Below, one piece after another: positions 39,546 through 53,228 of a DNA stretch of 64,000 nt. Numbering within the stretch: the stretch's first letter is position 1; each line of letters starts with the position of its first letter. The stretch covers positions 144,770,001 to 144,834,000 of the forward strand of contig OZ024741.1 in NCBI GenBank assembly GCA_964016885.1, read 5' to 3'. The stretch comes from Eledone cirrhosa. Lineage: Eukaryota. The translations under genes were made by a program, and so were the position numbers. The notes beneath the pieces were generated by a model that worked only from the letters and a program-made list of their open reading frames with translations, had not been told where the DNA came from and did no database searches.

Positions 39546-39930
39546 TATAGCGATTAGGTCTTCAAAATGTTTATTATAAACATACAGAATATTTTCGAAT
39601 ATTCTATGTCTATATTCACATATATATCGCTATTTCAGAGCATTTATTCCAATTTCTAATTTCTGCCGGACCGGCAACCGCTCTTTCAAACCAGTTCCTG
39701 TACACAGCTAAGTATTCTATAAGTCTCTAGCTGTGTCATTCTCGATAAAAGCACTGGATATGTGGTCCTGAAGATTTCTAACAAGAATGAAACGCGTAGA
39801 TTACTTCCCTTGCTTTTATCGAGAATCTAATTGTAATACGTGACGTATTCTATTCTATAGCGATTAGGTCTTCAAAATGTTTATTATAAACATACAGAAT
39901 ATTTTCGAATATTCTATGTCTATATTCATA
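39546..39930 (+). mobile_element. Direct-repeat-bounded mini element (PLE/retrozyme-like)
   Basis: About 75-bp direct repeats at 39546 and 39856 (310-bp period), a hammerhead in between, TA tracts on both sides. Confidence 0.7.
39738..39826 (+). ncRNA. Minimal type I hammerhead ribozyme
   Basis: CTGAAGA at 39768; stem II ttct-aaca-agaa; GAAA at 39789; palindromic CGCG; TA; stem I gtggtc/gattac plus a perfect 16-bp distal stem attctcgataaaagca/tgcttttatcgagaat. Confidence 0.8.
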
Positions 39931-40039
39931 TATATATATATAGTATATATGCAGTCTTACACACATGAATATAGATGAAAACAGCCTGCTCTCACATATA
40001 TGTTGACACATGAATAAAAATACATGCACATCCCGACAA

Positions 40040-42769
40040 CCACCGGATCACCTATAGATCAGGGGAGCATTGTAGTTAGATAGATTTTATCCTTATCAGA
40101 GGACGTGACAGATGGACGATCATAAACACAAAAGCCTTCCCTAGGGAGGAATGTACCTCCCAACACAACTTAGTTGTCAGCGACCTCACGGTCAGAACTA
40201 GACGAACCTGGAAACAGAAGCTAACCTGGAGAAGAAAGATCTGGAAGCTGAAAGACCCCTCGGCCAGTAACAGATTTAAAGATATTTTACTCGATGCCTA
40301 TGACAGTAAAGAAGAACAGATAGAGACATTCAATGTAGAAGAGCACTGGGAGTTCCTAAAAAATAACTTACTAGAGGCGATGGATGAGATTTGTGGTTGG
40401 AGTAAGACCACAAGCAGGAGGAGAGTGACTTGGTGGTGGAACAATAAGGTAGATGAGGCAGTTAAGGCTAAGCGACAGGCATGGAAAGAATGTAAGAACG
40501 GGGGAAGCAAGGTACATTACATAGAGACCAGGAGAGAAGCTAGGCGACAAGTATACTTAGCTAGGAGGGAAGCGGAGGATAGAAAATTCAAGCCTGTTTT
40601 GAAACGTGAGGACCAGAAACAGGTGTTCAAGATTGCGAGGCAGTGTGTCAGAGAGAATTGTGAAGTCATTGGAGAGAAGTGTATCCGGAATGATAAAGGT
40701 GAGCTTGCCCACACAAGTGCTGAGAAGAAAGCTGCGTGGAAGAGCCATTATGAAAGATTACTAAATGGGGAGAATGCATGGGCAGAAGAGACACTACCCC
40801 AAGTAGACCCTATAGAGGGGCCAGCAGTACAAGTCAGCAGCAGCATAGTAAGTAAGGCAATCAAAGATATGAAGATGGGGAAGGCAATCGGTCCATCGGG
40901 TATAGCTGCCGAGATGCTGAAGGCATCTGGGTCAGTAGGTCACACAATAACCACACATATTGTTAACCAGGTAATACTAGGTGTCATACCAAAGGATTGG
41001 TGCAGCAGCATCATTGTCAACTGCTACAAAGGTAAAGGTGATGCACTAGATAGAGGAAACTATAGAGGTATAAAGCTGACGGACCAGGTCATGAAAGTAA
41101 CAGAAAGAGTTATAGCACAGTTGATTAGGGACCGGGTGAAACTAGATGAGATACAATTTGGGTTTGTACCAAGAGGCACCACTGATGCCCTCTTCATTGT
41201 GAGGCAGTTAAAGGAAAAGTACCTAGCTAAAAGTAAGCCGCTCTACCTGGCATTCGTTGATCTGGAAAGCCTTTGACAGAGTTCCCGTGCTATAATCTGG
41301 TGGGCTCTTAGAAAACTAGAAGTAGAAGAATGTCTTGTGAAAGCTGTACAAGCCATGTATAAAGGAGCAATCAGCAAAGTTAGGATTAGCAATGACTATA
41401 ACGAGGAATTTAGCATACAGGTCGGTGTCCACCAGGGCTCTGTTCTTAGCCCTCTCCTGTTCATCATAGTCTTGCAGGCAATAACGGAGGAGTTTAAGAC
41501 CGGATGTCCATGGGAACTCCTGTATGCAGATGATCTCACACTTATAGCTGAATCTATGGTAGAACTAGAGAAGAAATTCCAAACTTGGAAGCAGGGACTA
41601 GAAAGAATGGGTCTCAAAGTCAACCTGACAAAAACTAAGGTCCTTGTAAGTAGACGAGAAAACAGAACCCAGGTCCCCTCAGGGAAATGGCCTTGCTCAG
41701 TATGTAGGAAAGGTGTAGGTAGGAACTCCATTCTCTGCCTCAAATGCAAACAATGGGTACACAAGAGATGTAGTGGGATCTCAGGAAGCTTAACTAAGAA
41801 TGTAGGCTTCACATGTAGCAGCTGTGCTGGGACAGCAAGCAGCAAACAGCCACAGGAAACAAGTACCACCAAAGTCTGGGAGGGCTCTGTAGAAACAGTA
41901 GACAGCTTCTGCTACCTAGCTGACCGAATTAGCAGTGGAGGTGGGTGTTCGGAAAGTACAATAACTATGGTAAGAACAGGATGGAAGAATTTCAGGGAAC
42001 TACTGCCACTGCTAGGTGCAAAAGGCTTTTCCCTCAAAATGAAAGGCAGACTGTATGATGCGTGTATACGAACAGCAATGTTACATGGTAGTGAGACCTG
42101 GGTGCTGTCTGTGGAAGACCTGCGTAGATTAGAAAGAAACGAAGCCTGCATGCTCCGATGAACGTGTAATAGTAATATACGCGAACAGCAAAGCATAAAC
42201 GAATTGAGAGAGAGACTGAGCATAAGAGGAATCAAATGCTGTGTGCGGGAAAGTGGGTTGCATTGGTATGGACATGTGATGCGTATGAAGGATGACATCT
42301 GCATAAAAAGGTGCAGAGCACTAGAAGTCGATGGAAGCCGTGGAGTGGGAAGACCCAAGAAGACCTGGGATGAGGTGATAAAAGCCAACCTTATCCAATT
42401 GCACCTCTCAAGGGCGATGACACATGACTGTGACCTCTGGCGTCACGCAGTAATACAGAAGACCCGACCCCCCACCTGTACAAGCCAAAGCTGAAGCATA
42501 TAGACAATATGCCCCCACACCCTCCCACGTCAAAAAACCATCAAGCCCACACTGTAAAGTGGACGTGTAGGGGCCACGGAAAAAAGCACCCAGCACTCAC
42601 TGTAAATGAAGCTGGTGTTAGGAAGGGCATCCAGCTGTAGAAATCAAGCCAGAATCAGTTCCCGTATGAGCAAGGCATGGCCAGCTGACCAGAAACTGCC
42701 CACAACAGGACAACCCGTCTAACCCATGCTAACGTGGAAGAACGGACGTAAAACGGTGATGATGATGAT
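40040..42769 (+). mobile_element. 5'-truncated RTE LINE, subfamily B
   Basis: End of APE; RT ORFs 40380-41276 and 41337-42161 (LLYADD); PHD-like finger; (GAT)n tail. Confidence 0.93.
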
Positions 42770-43149
42770 AAACACACACACTTATATATATATAAATATA
42801 TATGTGTATGTGTGTGTGTATGTATACTTTGATAACTTTGATAGGTTTCGGCCAGTATTAGCACAGGCCATGTCTAACTTAATAGCATCACAAAGTCTTT
42901 CAAATCAGGATTTGGACACCATGGCCCATTCAAGCAGAGAGTTATTGTTTACGGAGACTTATCCGGGTGTTGGAGGTTTATTCAAGATTTCTTGATTTTA
43001 CAAAATGAGTATCAATAAACCTTCCTGAGTAAACCCTTATTCCATTGGTGTACTTACTTTTCGATTGTTAGTTTTTGTTTTTGTGTGATGTGCAAAGGAA
43101 CCAACTAACAAACATCTCTCTTTTATATTATGTATAGATGATAATAATC

Positions 43150-46100
43150 ACTTAAGTGTAGAGACTTGCATTAGGCTCTCAACCCTTACTCTGGATTTTT
43201 TTGTTTTGTTTTAGTTTGGATACTGAGGGTTTTCAAATACAGGGATGGTGATCAGCACGGGTAAACCTACCTCAATGAGGGGAGACAAGTTTCTCTAAGC
43301 TTCTTTAAGCAAACCTGCCTAGTGTGGTACATGAATACATACCTCTTGCCAGTAAGGATAAAATGGAATTCATAAGTGCAAAATGCCTAAACCCCTAAGT
43401 TAAACTCCATCATGCGGGTTACCATAGGATACATTTCTGTGATGCAAGAGGCTTTAATCGAAAAGTTGACAACTGGAACAACCTCCCCAGAACCTGGAAA
43501 TCCCCAACCTTGGACCAGTAGAACAAACACCAACAAAGAACATTAAAAATCAGAAAACGAAACAAAAATAAACTAGGGAGGAATATAAACAGCTTATGAC
43601 AGCATTCTAAACAGCATTAAACAACCCCCAATCAAATGTTGCAAAACAAAGTCACTGAATGGCAGAAACTGGTCGGCAAAAACATCCGCCTGTACATAGA
43701 TGTCAATAAACTAGGAAACACACATAGATACATTGTAAAAGAAAACAAATTGAGATTGAATGAATTAAAACAGATAAGAACACAATGTAATAATATAGAA
43801 CCAGAAATACCAATACAGCCTAACACCAGGACACCTACAGTAACAATTGATAACATGTCGGAAGAAGTCAACAAGAAGATTGATGAAATTGAACAGAATA
43901 GAAATATTGGTGAAGAACAATTTAGGGAACCAAGGATAATGAAAATGATAACAGGATTCTAGAAGGCAATACACAAGACATTGCAGAAGCTAAAGAAGAC
44001 ATTGTCAAAGTATTAAGTAAAGCCCTATTCACCGAAATGAAAAACAGACAAACTACCTAAGTTTTAAGAGAACAAAATGAATACTCATAAGATTAAAATT
44101 TATAATGTTGCAATGAAGGAGATTTTAGCAGAAGGTAAAAACAATTCGACCTCTCTTAACAACATCATATACTCTACAGCTAAAGTTATAAGCCGAAAAA
44201 TTGATCTTAAAATTAAGAAAAAAGAAAACCAGACATGTTCATAAGCAAACTAAATGGAAAGAAAACATTCAAAAAGAAATTGATAACCTGAGAGGTGAAT
44301 TGTCATTAGTCAAAGAGCTAACTAGGGATGTGAATGTAAAGTTTAGAAAAGCTAAAGAACTTCAAAGAAAGTATAAGATCACAGATAAGGAGAATGTATT
44401 AAGCACCAAAGAGTTAAACAATATGATAAGAGAGGCAAGTTTTACAAGCAAAACAAAATCTTTCAAACTGATACAAAGTAATTTTACCAGTGGAGATTAA
44501 GGAACCACCTAACGCGAATGAGGTTCAACAATTCTGGGAAAAATATATGGAGCAATGAAAAGCAATATAATAAAGCTTCTTCTTTTCCTTCTTTGGCCGC
44601 TTATGCCTGAAAGGGTCATGGGGGTTGAGTCCTCAAACACGCCTTCTAGCAGGTCCTGTCAGAAATAATCCTTTTCAACTGATCCAGCCAAGCTCATGGT
44701 TGTTATCCAACCATCATGTTCGGGGTCTACCTCTGGGTCCTCTGCCAGTTGGTTTTGCCCGTAAAATCTGTCCAGCAATTCTTTCCTGAGATATTCTAAC
44801 TACATGCCCATAGTATCAGAGCTGTTATTAACTCTCAATTCAGAGGAGTAGCGGTTCTACCTGGAGCAACTTTCTGATGTCCGAGTTACGCACTCTATTG
44901 AGTAACGTTACTCTGAAGACCATTTGGAGGAACTCCATTTCAGCCGTTTGTATTCGGGATCGTATTCTTTCGGTCATTACTCAAGATTCATGACCATAGG
45001 CAAGGGTTGGCTTGAATACCAAGTTGAAGACAGTGAGTTTGGCTTTTACACCTACCTCCTTTCTTCTGATTACTGAATTCTGAAGCTGGCATATTACTCC
45101 ACCAGCTCCTGCAATTCTTGCATGAAATTACGCCTCCTGCATTTCATTAATCATGAACACAGTCCCAAGATACTTGAAATACTCCACCTGCTTCAGTGGA
45201 ACTCCACTCATATGTAGAATACACTACACAGGCTTCCTTGAGAGGATGAGTGTTTCAGTTTTCGCAGCGCTGATTTTCATTCCAGCCATGCAGCATTTGG
45301 CATCAAATGTATCGAGTGCTTGTCAGAGATCACCTTCTTTCGAGTTAAGAAACGCCAACTGATTTTACACCTGCCAGTCATGGTACCTCTTCCAACCCGG
45401 CTGCGCATGTCAATCCTATTCATGTAAATAATGAACAGGAGAGGTGACAGTACGTACCCTTGGTGGAGTCAGACTCCCACATTGAATGGTTTCCATTTAG
45501 TACCATTTATCCAAATACAAATACTCGGACATTTGTATAGAGACATCAGGGCAACAAGAAGCTGACCATCGATGTCATACTACTGCAGAACCTTGCACAG
45601 CAGGTCCCAAGGAACATGGTCATATGCCTTTTCAAATCTACAAAAAAAAAATATACCTCTTGGCAATACTTCCACGATTTTCTGAAGACTTGCTGCCGTG
45701 AATATTTGGTCAGTTGTGCTGCATCCGGGGCGAAAACCACACTGTTCATCAGCTAGCTTGGACTCGACAGTCTCCCTGCATCACTTTGCCAGACACTTAG
45801 CATAGACTTTACTAGGGAATCTTAACAAGGAAATTTGTCTGTAATTGGAATAATCTCTCTCATCTCCCTTTTTGAAAATTGGGATTATCACTCCTAATTT
45901 CCATTGCTGAGGTGCATTTCCAGAGATCCAAGCCATCCGACACACACAGGTCAACCAGAGAATACCTTCTCTATGTAAGGCTTTTAATATTTCAGGCCAG
46001 ATTTCATCTTCCCAGCAGCCTTGCCACTTTTGAGCTCTTTAACTGCTCTTCTGATCTCAGACTCCGAGATATTAGTCACCATTGTCAGATGCACCTCGTG

Positions 46101-47340
46101 TACATCAGAAGATGCTGTTGTGATCGTGTTTAGGAGATCAGTAAAGTATTCTCTCCACCTCATGAGGATCCACCTCTGAATAAAGGAGAACCCAAGGTGC
46201 ATTCCTGATAGCAGGTGTGGAGCAGGACTTCTTAATATGAAGTAGGCAGATGGTCAGAACACTTTATTTGCTGATCTGAAGTTGGATTCCAGCTTAACCA
46301 CAAAGTCCTTGCATGTCTTAACTTTAGATGCCTTTACTGTCTCTGCTGTGATTCATTGTGCCTACTTGCACCACAAGTGCAAGAAGGAGGATTTATTTAC
46401 AAGCCAAGCTTTGTAGGCATCATTCTTTGCTTGGATGGCATCTTTGACCTCTTGATTGAACCAAGGGGTTCTCCTGCCATCTAGTGCCATACCAAACCTC
46501 TTTCACTCACAGCATTTAACAGCTGAAGCAGAAACTGCTGAACTGAACAATCTTCACTCTATCTCAACATCCCCAGTTTCCTCAGGGAGTTCTCTGAACT
46601 TGAATGCAATTGTATCAGCATAACTGGTCCTGACTCCCTTATCTACCAACACTTCCCACTTTATCCTGTAAGTCGCCCTAGTCCTGTCAGTTTTGTGGGC
46701 TTCTTTGGGTTTAGGTAGTCTCAAATTTCTCCTAACTAGATGGCGATCAGTTGACAGCTCAGCCCCTCTCTTAACACAAACATCCAGCACAAAAGTTGAA
46801 TGGATTAATCAAGAAATAGACAGCATGACAAATATTAACCATCACGAACGGCAAGAAATAGAGCTTGTGAGAGCTAAGGCAGGCACTTAGTAAAGCACAT
46901 AAAAGGAAATCACCTGGGATAGACCGAATTCCTAACTTTTGGTTAAATGCACTTACAGGTATGCATAAAGAAATTACATTGATAAATTTGAATGAAACCC
47001 TAAACTGGTTGACAGAAGGCACAACATACCTTCTATCCATAACTGCTGAGACAAACAAAAAAAAAAAAAAAACAACAAAACTATCGGCCATAACTTGTCT
47101 CACTACGATTTATAAAATCCTGACATCTGTACTGAGCGGATATAAAAAAAACCTTGATTAAAATGAAATTATTCCACAAAAACAAAAAGGAGGAAAACAA
47201 TGCATATGGGTACAAAAACCAACTGAAGAGGTATTAGAAGCTCTAGAAACCAACAAAATATCTCCCATAATATCTAACTTTTTAAGAGTCAGCATGTCAA
47301 AATGAAGCACAACCCTCTTTTTAAACCTTAGCAGGACAAA
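43150..47340 (+). mobile_element. Decayed R4/Dong-like LINE, split by a nested RTE
   Basis: TREEYKQLMTAF, NKLGNTHRYIVK, KWKENIQKEIDNLRGELS and QQFWEK before the insertion; EWIN, KSPGIDRIPNFWL, WLTEGTTYLL and ITCLTTIYKILTSVL after 46791. Confidence 0.75.
44577..46790 (-). mobile_element. Decayed RTE-clade LINE of a different family, (GAA)n tail
   Basis: LDVCVKRGAELSTDRHLV (APE end), WREYFTDLLN, LKSGKAAG, GVXLHQGYVLSPLLFIIYM and FKYLG on the minus strand; tail at about 44577. Confidence 0.85.
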
Positions 47341-47390
47341 AATTAAGAATCATTTAAAGATAAGTATTCAAAACGTATATTTATACACAT

Positions 47391-47503
47391 GAGGTTGGTG
47401 TTAAGAAGGGCATCCAGCTGTAGAAATCAAGCCAGAATCAGTTCCCGTCCCACCCTTGCAAGCAGGGAAAAAGCGGACGTAAAATGAAATGAATGATGAA
47501 TGA
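47391..47503 (+). mobile_element. Tail-only copy of SINE family 2
   Basis: Matches 63327-63430. Confidence 0.8.
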
Positions 47504-47559
47504 TCAATTGTTCGAATCAATCAACAGAATCCTAAATCTCATTTGCTTACTGAGTGCGG

Positions 47560-47765
47560 TGGAACTCTTCAAATCAAACTAAGGAAACAATGTTTCCATT
47601 GGTCTTTCCATTGCTGATAATATCTACTGGTCACAACTCTTTGCAGAAAGAGCAATGTAACATAAAGTGTCTTGCTCAAGGATATAATGCATCACCCAGT
47701 CTGGGAATCAAACTTGCAACCTCATAATTGTGAATAAAATTCTTCTACCACTAAGCATACACCTT
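47560..47765 (-). mobile_element. CORE-like tRNA SINE, older variant
   Basis: aaagtgtcttgctcaagg core plus tRNA-like head; a related + strand copy lies at about 12905-13060. Confidence 0.65.
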
Positions 47766-47892
47766 CATATATATATATATGTATATACATATATATATAT
47801 AGTATAAAAAAAACGAAAAATCAGTGATGCGTCTGGACTCAGTTTATTGCGTGTTACAATTGTTTCGCTGGCAGGTAGCTCGAGACATGAGA

Positions 47893-48260
47893 AAAACACC
47901 CCAACCCACTACCCCTACTCCATCCTCCCACTCCCACCTACACCACCCTTTCTCTGTAAAGTTATGTTGGTACAACATCTAGTCCAAAATAATGAGGTCC
48001 TGTAGTTGTCACAGCAAAAAAAACACACAGTCCATGCTGTAATGTGGCCGTGTAGGTAACATGGTAAAAAGCTCCCAGTCCACACTGTAAATGTAATTGG
48101 TGTTAGGAAGGGCATCCAGCCGTAGAAAACCTGCCTGATAGTCCTATACGAGCGAAACACAGTCCCCCAACCAATATTGCCTTAAATGGGATAATTCCCG
48201 TCTAACCTATGCTATCTTGGAAGATGGACATTAAACAATGATGATGATGATGATAATGAT
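47893..48260 (+). mobile_element. RTE subfamily A 3' UTR fragment
   Basis: Matches 21675-22016; (GAT)n tail. Confidence 0.85.
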
Positions 48261-48420
48261 ATCAAATGTAGAAAAGTAACACAAGAGTTGATATATATAA
48301 AAATAAATAGTAGAAAGGAAAAAGATTCTTTCAGTAGAAAATGTCGAAGAGATTTTTTCAGTGAGATATCAAAACATTAATTTATTTACAAAAACATTAA
48401 TTTATTTATATACAGCGGTA

Positions 48421-48985
48421 TAAGCTCTCTGAACTTTTTCCATCCCATTCTCACTCTGGCTACTGTACTTTCAGAGCACCTTCCACCACTACTGATTTTG
48501 TCATCCAGGTAACGGAAAGTGTCCACTATTTCTATAGAACAATCTGGGCAATAGAAGGAGCTAGTATCCTGTGGGCACTTGCTACTTATTGCACCTGAGC
48601 ATCGGCCACATATAAAATCTATATTCTTGGGTAGCTTACCTGTTATCCTGCTACATCTTTTATGTACCCATACTTCGCATTTGGGACATGAAATGGAATT
48701 TCTACCTACTCCTACATACTGAGCATGGTCATTTCCTAAAGGGCACCTGTGTCCTATTTTCCTTTCTACATACTAGAACTTAGACAATTTAACTTTAAGG
48801 CCTTTTGATTCTAGGCCATGCTTCCATCTTTGGAATTTCTTCTCTAATTCAGCCATAGATTCAGCTATGAGAGTTAGATCATCTGCATATAGAAGTTCCC
48901 ATGGGAAGCCGGTCTTAAACTCCTCTGTTATAGCCTGAAGGGCAATAATAAATAGGAGGGGGCTAATGACAGAGCCTTGATGAAC
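48421..48985 (-). mobile_element. Internal RTE subfamily A fragment (YADD to PHD region)
   Basis: Reverse complement of about 20583-21163. Confidence 0.85.
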
Positions 48986-49143
48986 GAGAGAGAAAGAGAA
49001 AGAGAGAGGAAAAGTAGGAGATCAGATTTGCAGCATGATATGAAACTTACTGCATAATACAACTGTTTCAATATTGGTCAGCTCGAGTTTGATGAGGCGA
49101 TTAGATCAAGGCACTTAATCAGCACCTCCTCAGATATGCGAGT

Positions 49144-51665
49144 TGGAAACAGAGGCCAACTTGGAGAAGAAAGATCTGGAAGCTGAAAGACCCCTCAGCC
49201 AGTAACAGATTTAAAGATATTTTACTCAACTCCTATGACAGTAAAGAAGAACAGATAGAGACATTCAATGTAGAAGAGAACTGGGAGTTCCTAAAAAATA
49301 ACTTACTAGAGGCGACGGATGAGATTTGTGGTTGGAGTAAGACCACAAGCAGGAGGAGAGTGACTTGGTGGTGGAACAATAAGGTAGATGAGGCAGTTAA
49401 GGCCAAGAAACAGGCATGGAAAGAATGTAAGAACGGGGGGAGCAGGGTACATTACATAGAGACCAGGAGGGAAGCTAGGCGACAAGTATACTTAGCTAGG
49501 AGGGAAGCAGAGGATAGAAAATTCAAGCAGGTTTTGCAACGTGAGGACCAGAAACAGGAGGTGTTCAAGATTGCGAGGCAGTGTGTCAGAGAGAATTGTG
49601 ATGTCATTGGAGAGAAGTGTATCCGGAATGATAAAGGTGAGCTTGCCCTCACAAGTGCTGAGAAGAAAGATGCATGGAAAAGCCATTATGATAGATTACT
49701 AAATGAGGAGAATGCATGGGAAGAAGAGACCCTACCCCAAGTAGACCCTATAGAGGGGCCAGCAGTACAAGTCAGCAGCAGCGTAGTAAGTAAGGCAATC
49801 AAAGATATGAAGATGAGGAAGGCAACCGGTCCATCGGGTATAGCTGCCGAGATGCTGAAGGCGTCTGGGTCTGTAGGTCACACTATAACCACACGTATTG
49901 TTAACCAGGTAATACTAGAAGGTGTCATACCAAAAGATTGGTGCAGTAGCATCAATGTCAACTGCTACAAAGGTAAAGGTGATGCACTAGATAGAGGAAA
50001 CTATAGAGGTATAAAGCTGATGGACCAGGTCATGAAAGTAACAGAAAGAGTTATAGAACAGTTGATTAGGGACTGGGTGAAACTAGATGAGATGCAATTT
50101 GGGTTTGTGCCAGGAAAAAGCACCACTGATGCCCTCTTCCTTGTGAGGCAGTTACAGGAAAAGTACCTAGCTAAAAGTAAGCCACTCTACCTGGCATTCG
50201 TCGATCTCGAGAAAGCCTTTGACAGAGTTCCATGTGCTATAATCTGGTGGGCTCTTAGAAAACTAGGAGTAGATGAATGGCTTGTGAAAGCTGTACAAGC
50301 CATGTATAGGGGAGCAGTCAGCAAAGTTAGGATTAGCAACGAGTATAGCGAGGAATTTAGCGTACAGGTTGGTGTCCACCAGGGCTCTGTTCTTAGACCT
50401 ATCCTGTTCCTCATAGTCCTGCAGGCAATAACGGAGGAGTTTAAGACTGGATGCCCATGGGAACTCCTGTATGCAGATGACCTCACACTTATAGCTGAAT
50501 CTATGGTAGAACTAGAGAAGAAATTCCAAACTTGGAAGCAGGGACTAGAAAGAAAGGGTCTCAAAGTCAACCTGACAAAGACTAAGGTCCTTGTAAGTAG
50601 ACGAGAAAACAGAACCCAGATCCCCTCTGGGAAATGGCCTTGCTCAGTATGTAGGAAAGGTGTAGGTAGGAATTCCATTCTCTGCCCCAAATTCAAACAA
50701 TGGGTACACAAAAGATGTAGCGGGATCTCAGGAAGCTTAATAAATAATGTAGGCTTCACATGTAGCAGCTGTGCTGGGACAGCAAGCAGCAAACAGCCAG
50801 AGGAAACAAGTACCACCAATCTCTGGGAGGGCTCTGTAGAAACAGTAGACAGCTTCTGCTACCTAGCTGACCGAATTAGCAGCGGAGGTGGTTGTTCAGA
50901 AAGTACAATAACTAGGGTAAGAACGGGATGGAAGAAGTTCAGGGAACTACTGCCACTGCTAGGTGCAAAAGGCTTCTCCCTCAAAATGAAAAGCAGATTG
51001 TATGATGCGTGTATCCGAACAGCAATGTTACATGGTAATGAGACTTGGGCGCTGAAGGTGGAAGACTTACGTTGATTAGAAAGAAACGAAGCCTGCATGC
51101 TCCGATGGATGTGTAATAGTAATATACGCGAACGGCAAAGTATAAATGAATTGAGAGAGAGACTGAGCATAAGAGGAATCAAATGCTGTGTGCAGGAGAA
51201 GCGGTTGCGCTGGTATGGACATGTGATGCGCATGAAGGATGACAGCTGCATAAAAAGGTGCAGAGCACTAGAAGTCAATGGAAACCGCGGAGTGGGGAGA
51301 CCCAAGTACACCTGGGATGAGGTGATAAAAGCCGACCTTACCCAATTACACCTCTCAAAGGCGATGACACATGACCACGACCTCTGGCGTCACGCAGTAA
51401 TACAGAGTACCCGACCTCCCATGGGTACAAGCTGAAGCATATAGACAATATGCCCCCACACCCTCCCACTGTAAAGTGGTCGTGGAGGTGCCACGGCAAA
51501 AAAGCACCCAGCACTCACTGTAAATGAGGTTGGTGTTAGGAAGGGCATCCAGCTGTAGAAATCAAGCCAGAATCAGATCTAGTATGAGCAAGGCATGGTC
51601 AGCCGACCAGACACTGCACCCAACAGGACACCCCGTCTAACCCATGCTAGCATGGGTTAAACGGG
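49144..51665 (+). mobile_element. 5'-truncated RTE LINE, subfamily B, ending in a hairpin
   Basis: 571-aa RT ORF plus C-terminus; 3' UTR; no GAT tail. Confidence 0.93.
49360..51435 (+). pseudogene. RTE reverse transcriptase, single in-frame stop at 51073
   Basis: [31 protein letters not shown]; CGA>TGA relative to sister copies. Confidence 0.92.
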
Positions 51666-51814
51666 TTGAAATAACATAAGTAAAGAAATGTTAGACGGGA
51701 AGAAATAACATAAGTAAAGAAATGTGCAGAAAAAGACCCACCCAACCCATACAAGTATAGAACAACAAATGTAAAATGATGATAATGTTGATATATTTAC
51801 TTTGAATTTGAGAA

Positions 51815-52822
51815 AGACAAATGGAGTCCTGTGTCAGAGAAACACACTGGAAATTCTGGAAGTCTCACAGCATTATCAGACCCTCACAATTTGGATTTAT
51901 CCCTATCTCCAGCTGTTGTGATCAACTCATTGAGATTCTTGAAGACATTACCCAAATCACTGATTATGGCTCATGGGTGGATGTTATTTATCTTGACTTT
52001 GCTGAAGTTTTTAATTCTGTGCCACACAAAAAACTTATGGCAAAAAAAATCTCTGCAATGGGTGTGAGAGATAATATTTATAACTGGTTGAAGTCTTTCA
52101 TTCTCAATCGAAAAGAGAAAAGAGGTAGTCAGGTTCTAGGACAGCATTCTTCACCCTGTGAGATGACATCTGGTGTACCATTAGGGATTTGTTCTTGGTC
52201 CCCTTTTGTTTGTTGAATATATTAATGACATAGATGTCAACTTAAAGAATGTCACAGTGCTGAAATACTCAGATGACATCAAGCTGTACCTTGAGATAAA
52301 AAGGATAGATCCTGTATGTTATAGATCTTTCCTGCAATCAGACCTGGACACAATGCAGCAATGAATTATGGATTGGCAACTTAAGATGGCTATGGACAAG
52401 TGTACTACCATGCATTTTGGGAGAAAAAAAACCCAGCGTTCACATACTCCCTCCACAACACCTATCTCAAGAAGCCTTCTTGTGAACATGACCTGGGCAT
52501 TATTACCAACAGCAATTTGCTTTAAACAAAGCACATCTCTGAAATTATCAAGAAGACCGAGGGTATCTTAGCATCACTCAGTAAGACTTTTGTCAGCTGC
52601 TCTCCAGCTATCTATTTAAAGCTGCATATAGCTATGGTGCATCCACACAACGCCCGGTATTCCTCCTCCATAAGCATGCACGCATGTGTGTCTGTGTGTA
52701 TATAATGACTTATATATTGTTCATTTTGATAACATTTGTACATTATTCTATGTACTATACATGCACCTTTGATGAGTTGTAGTGCACCTGAGCACTGTAC
52801 ACAACAATTTTTATTATTATAA
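51815..52822 (+). mobile_element. Decayed CR1/L2-group LINE RT fragment
   Basis: SQFGF, VDVIYLDFAEVFNSVPH, SGVPLG, KYSDDIKLY, LQSDLD; (TTA)n end. Confidence 0.8.
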
Positions 52823-53228
52823 TTTTTAAATAAAAATGCTTCAATAAAACTTACTCCTTATCATATGGTGGTGTAGATGTATCTATGTTATGATTTCTAG
52901 AAAAAGAAAAAAAACAAAAAAAATGTCACTTAAAATTAGAAGCAAATATGCAATGTAAAGACATATCTATATACATACGATCTATAAAGATAATGAAGAC
53001 AGTTTAACTTCTGTCTGAATTTTAAATATATTTTATGTATTATGGAGCTCGACTAATATTAGATTATGAATAATGTTTTACATTACAGTATACATTGAAC
53101 TTAATATACAGCCTATATGGTACCTCTATAATATCGAAGCAGTAGTTATTTACTGAATTATATGTTGAATGTCCATGCACTGCATTAGTATTTTTTATAT
53201 TGAATCAGAAATCATTTTTATATTAAAC

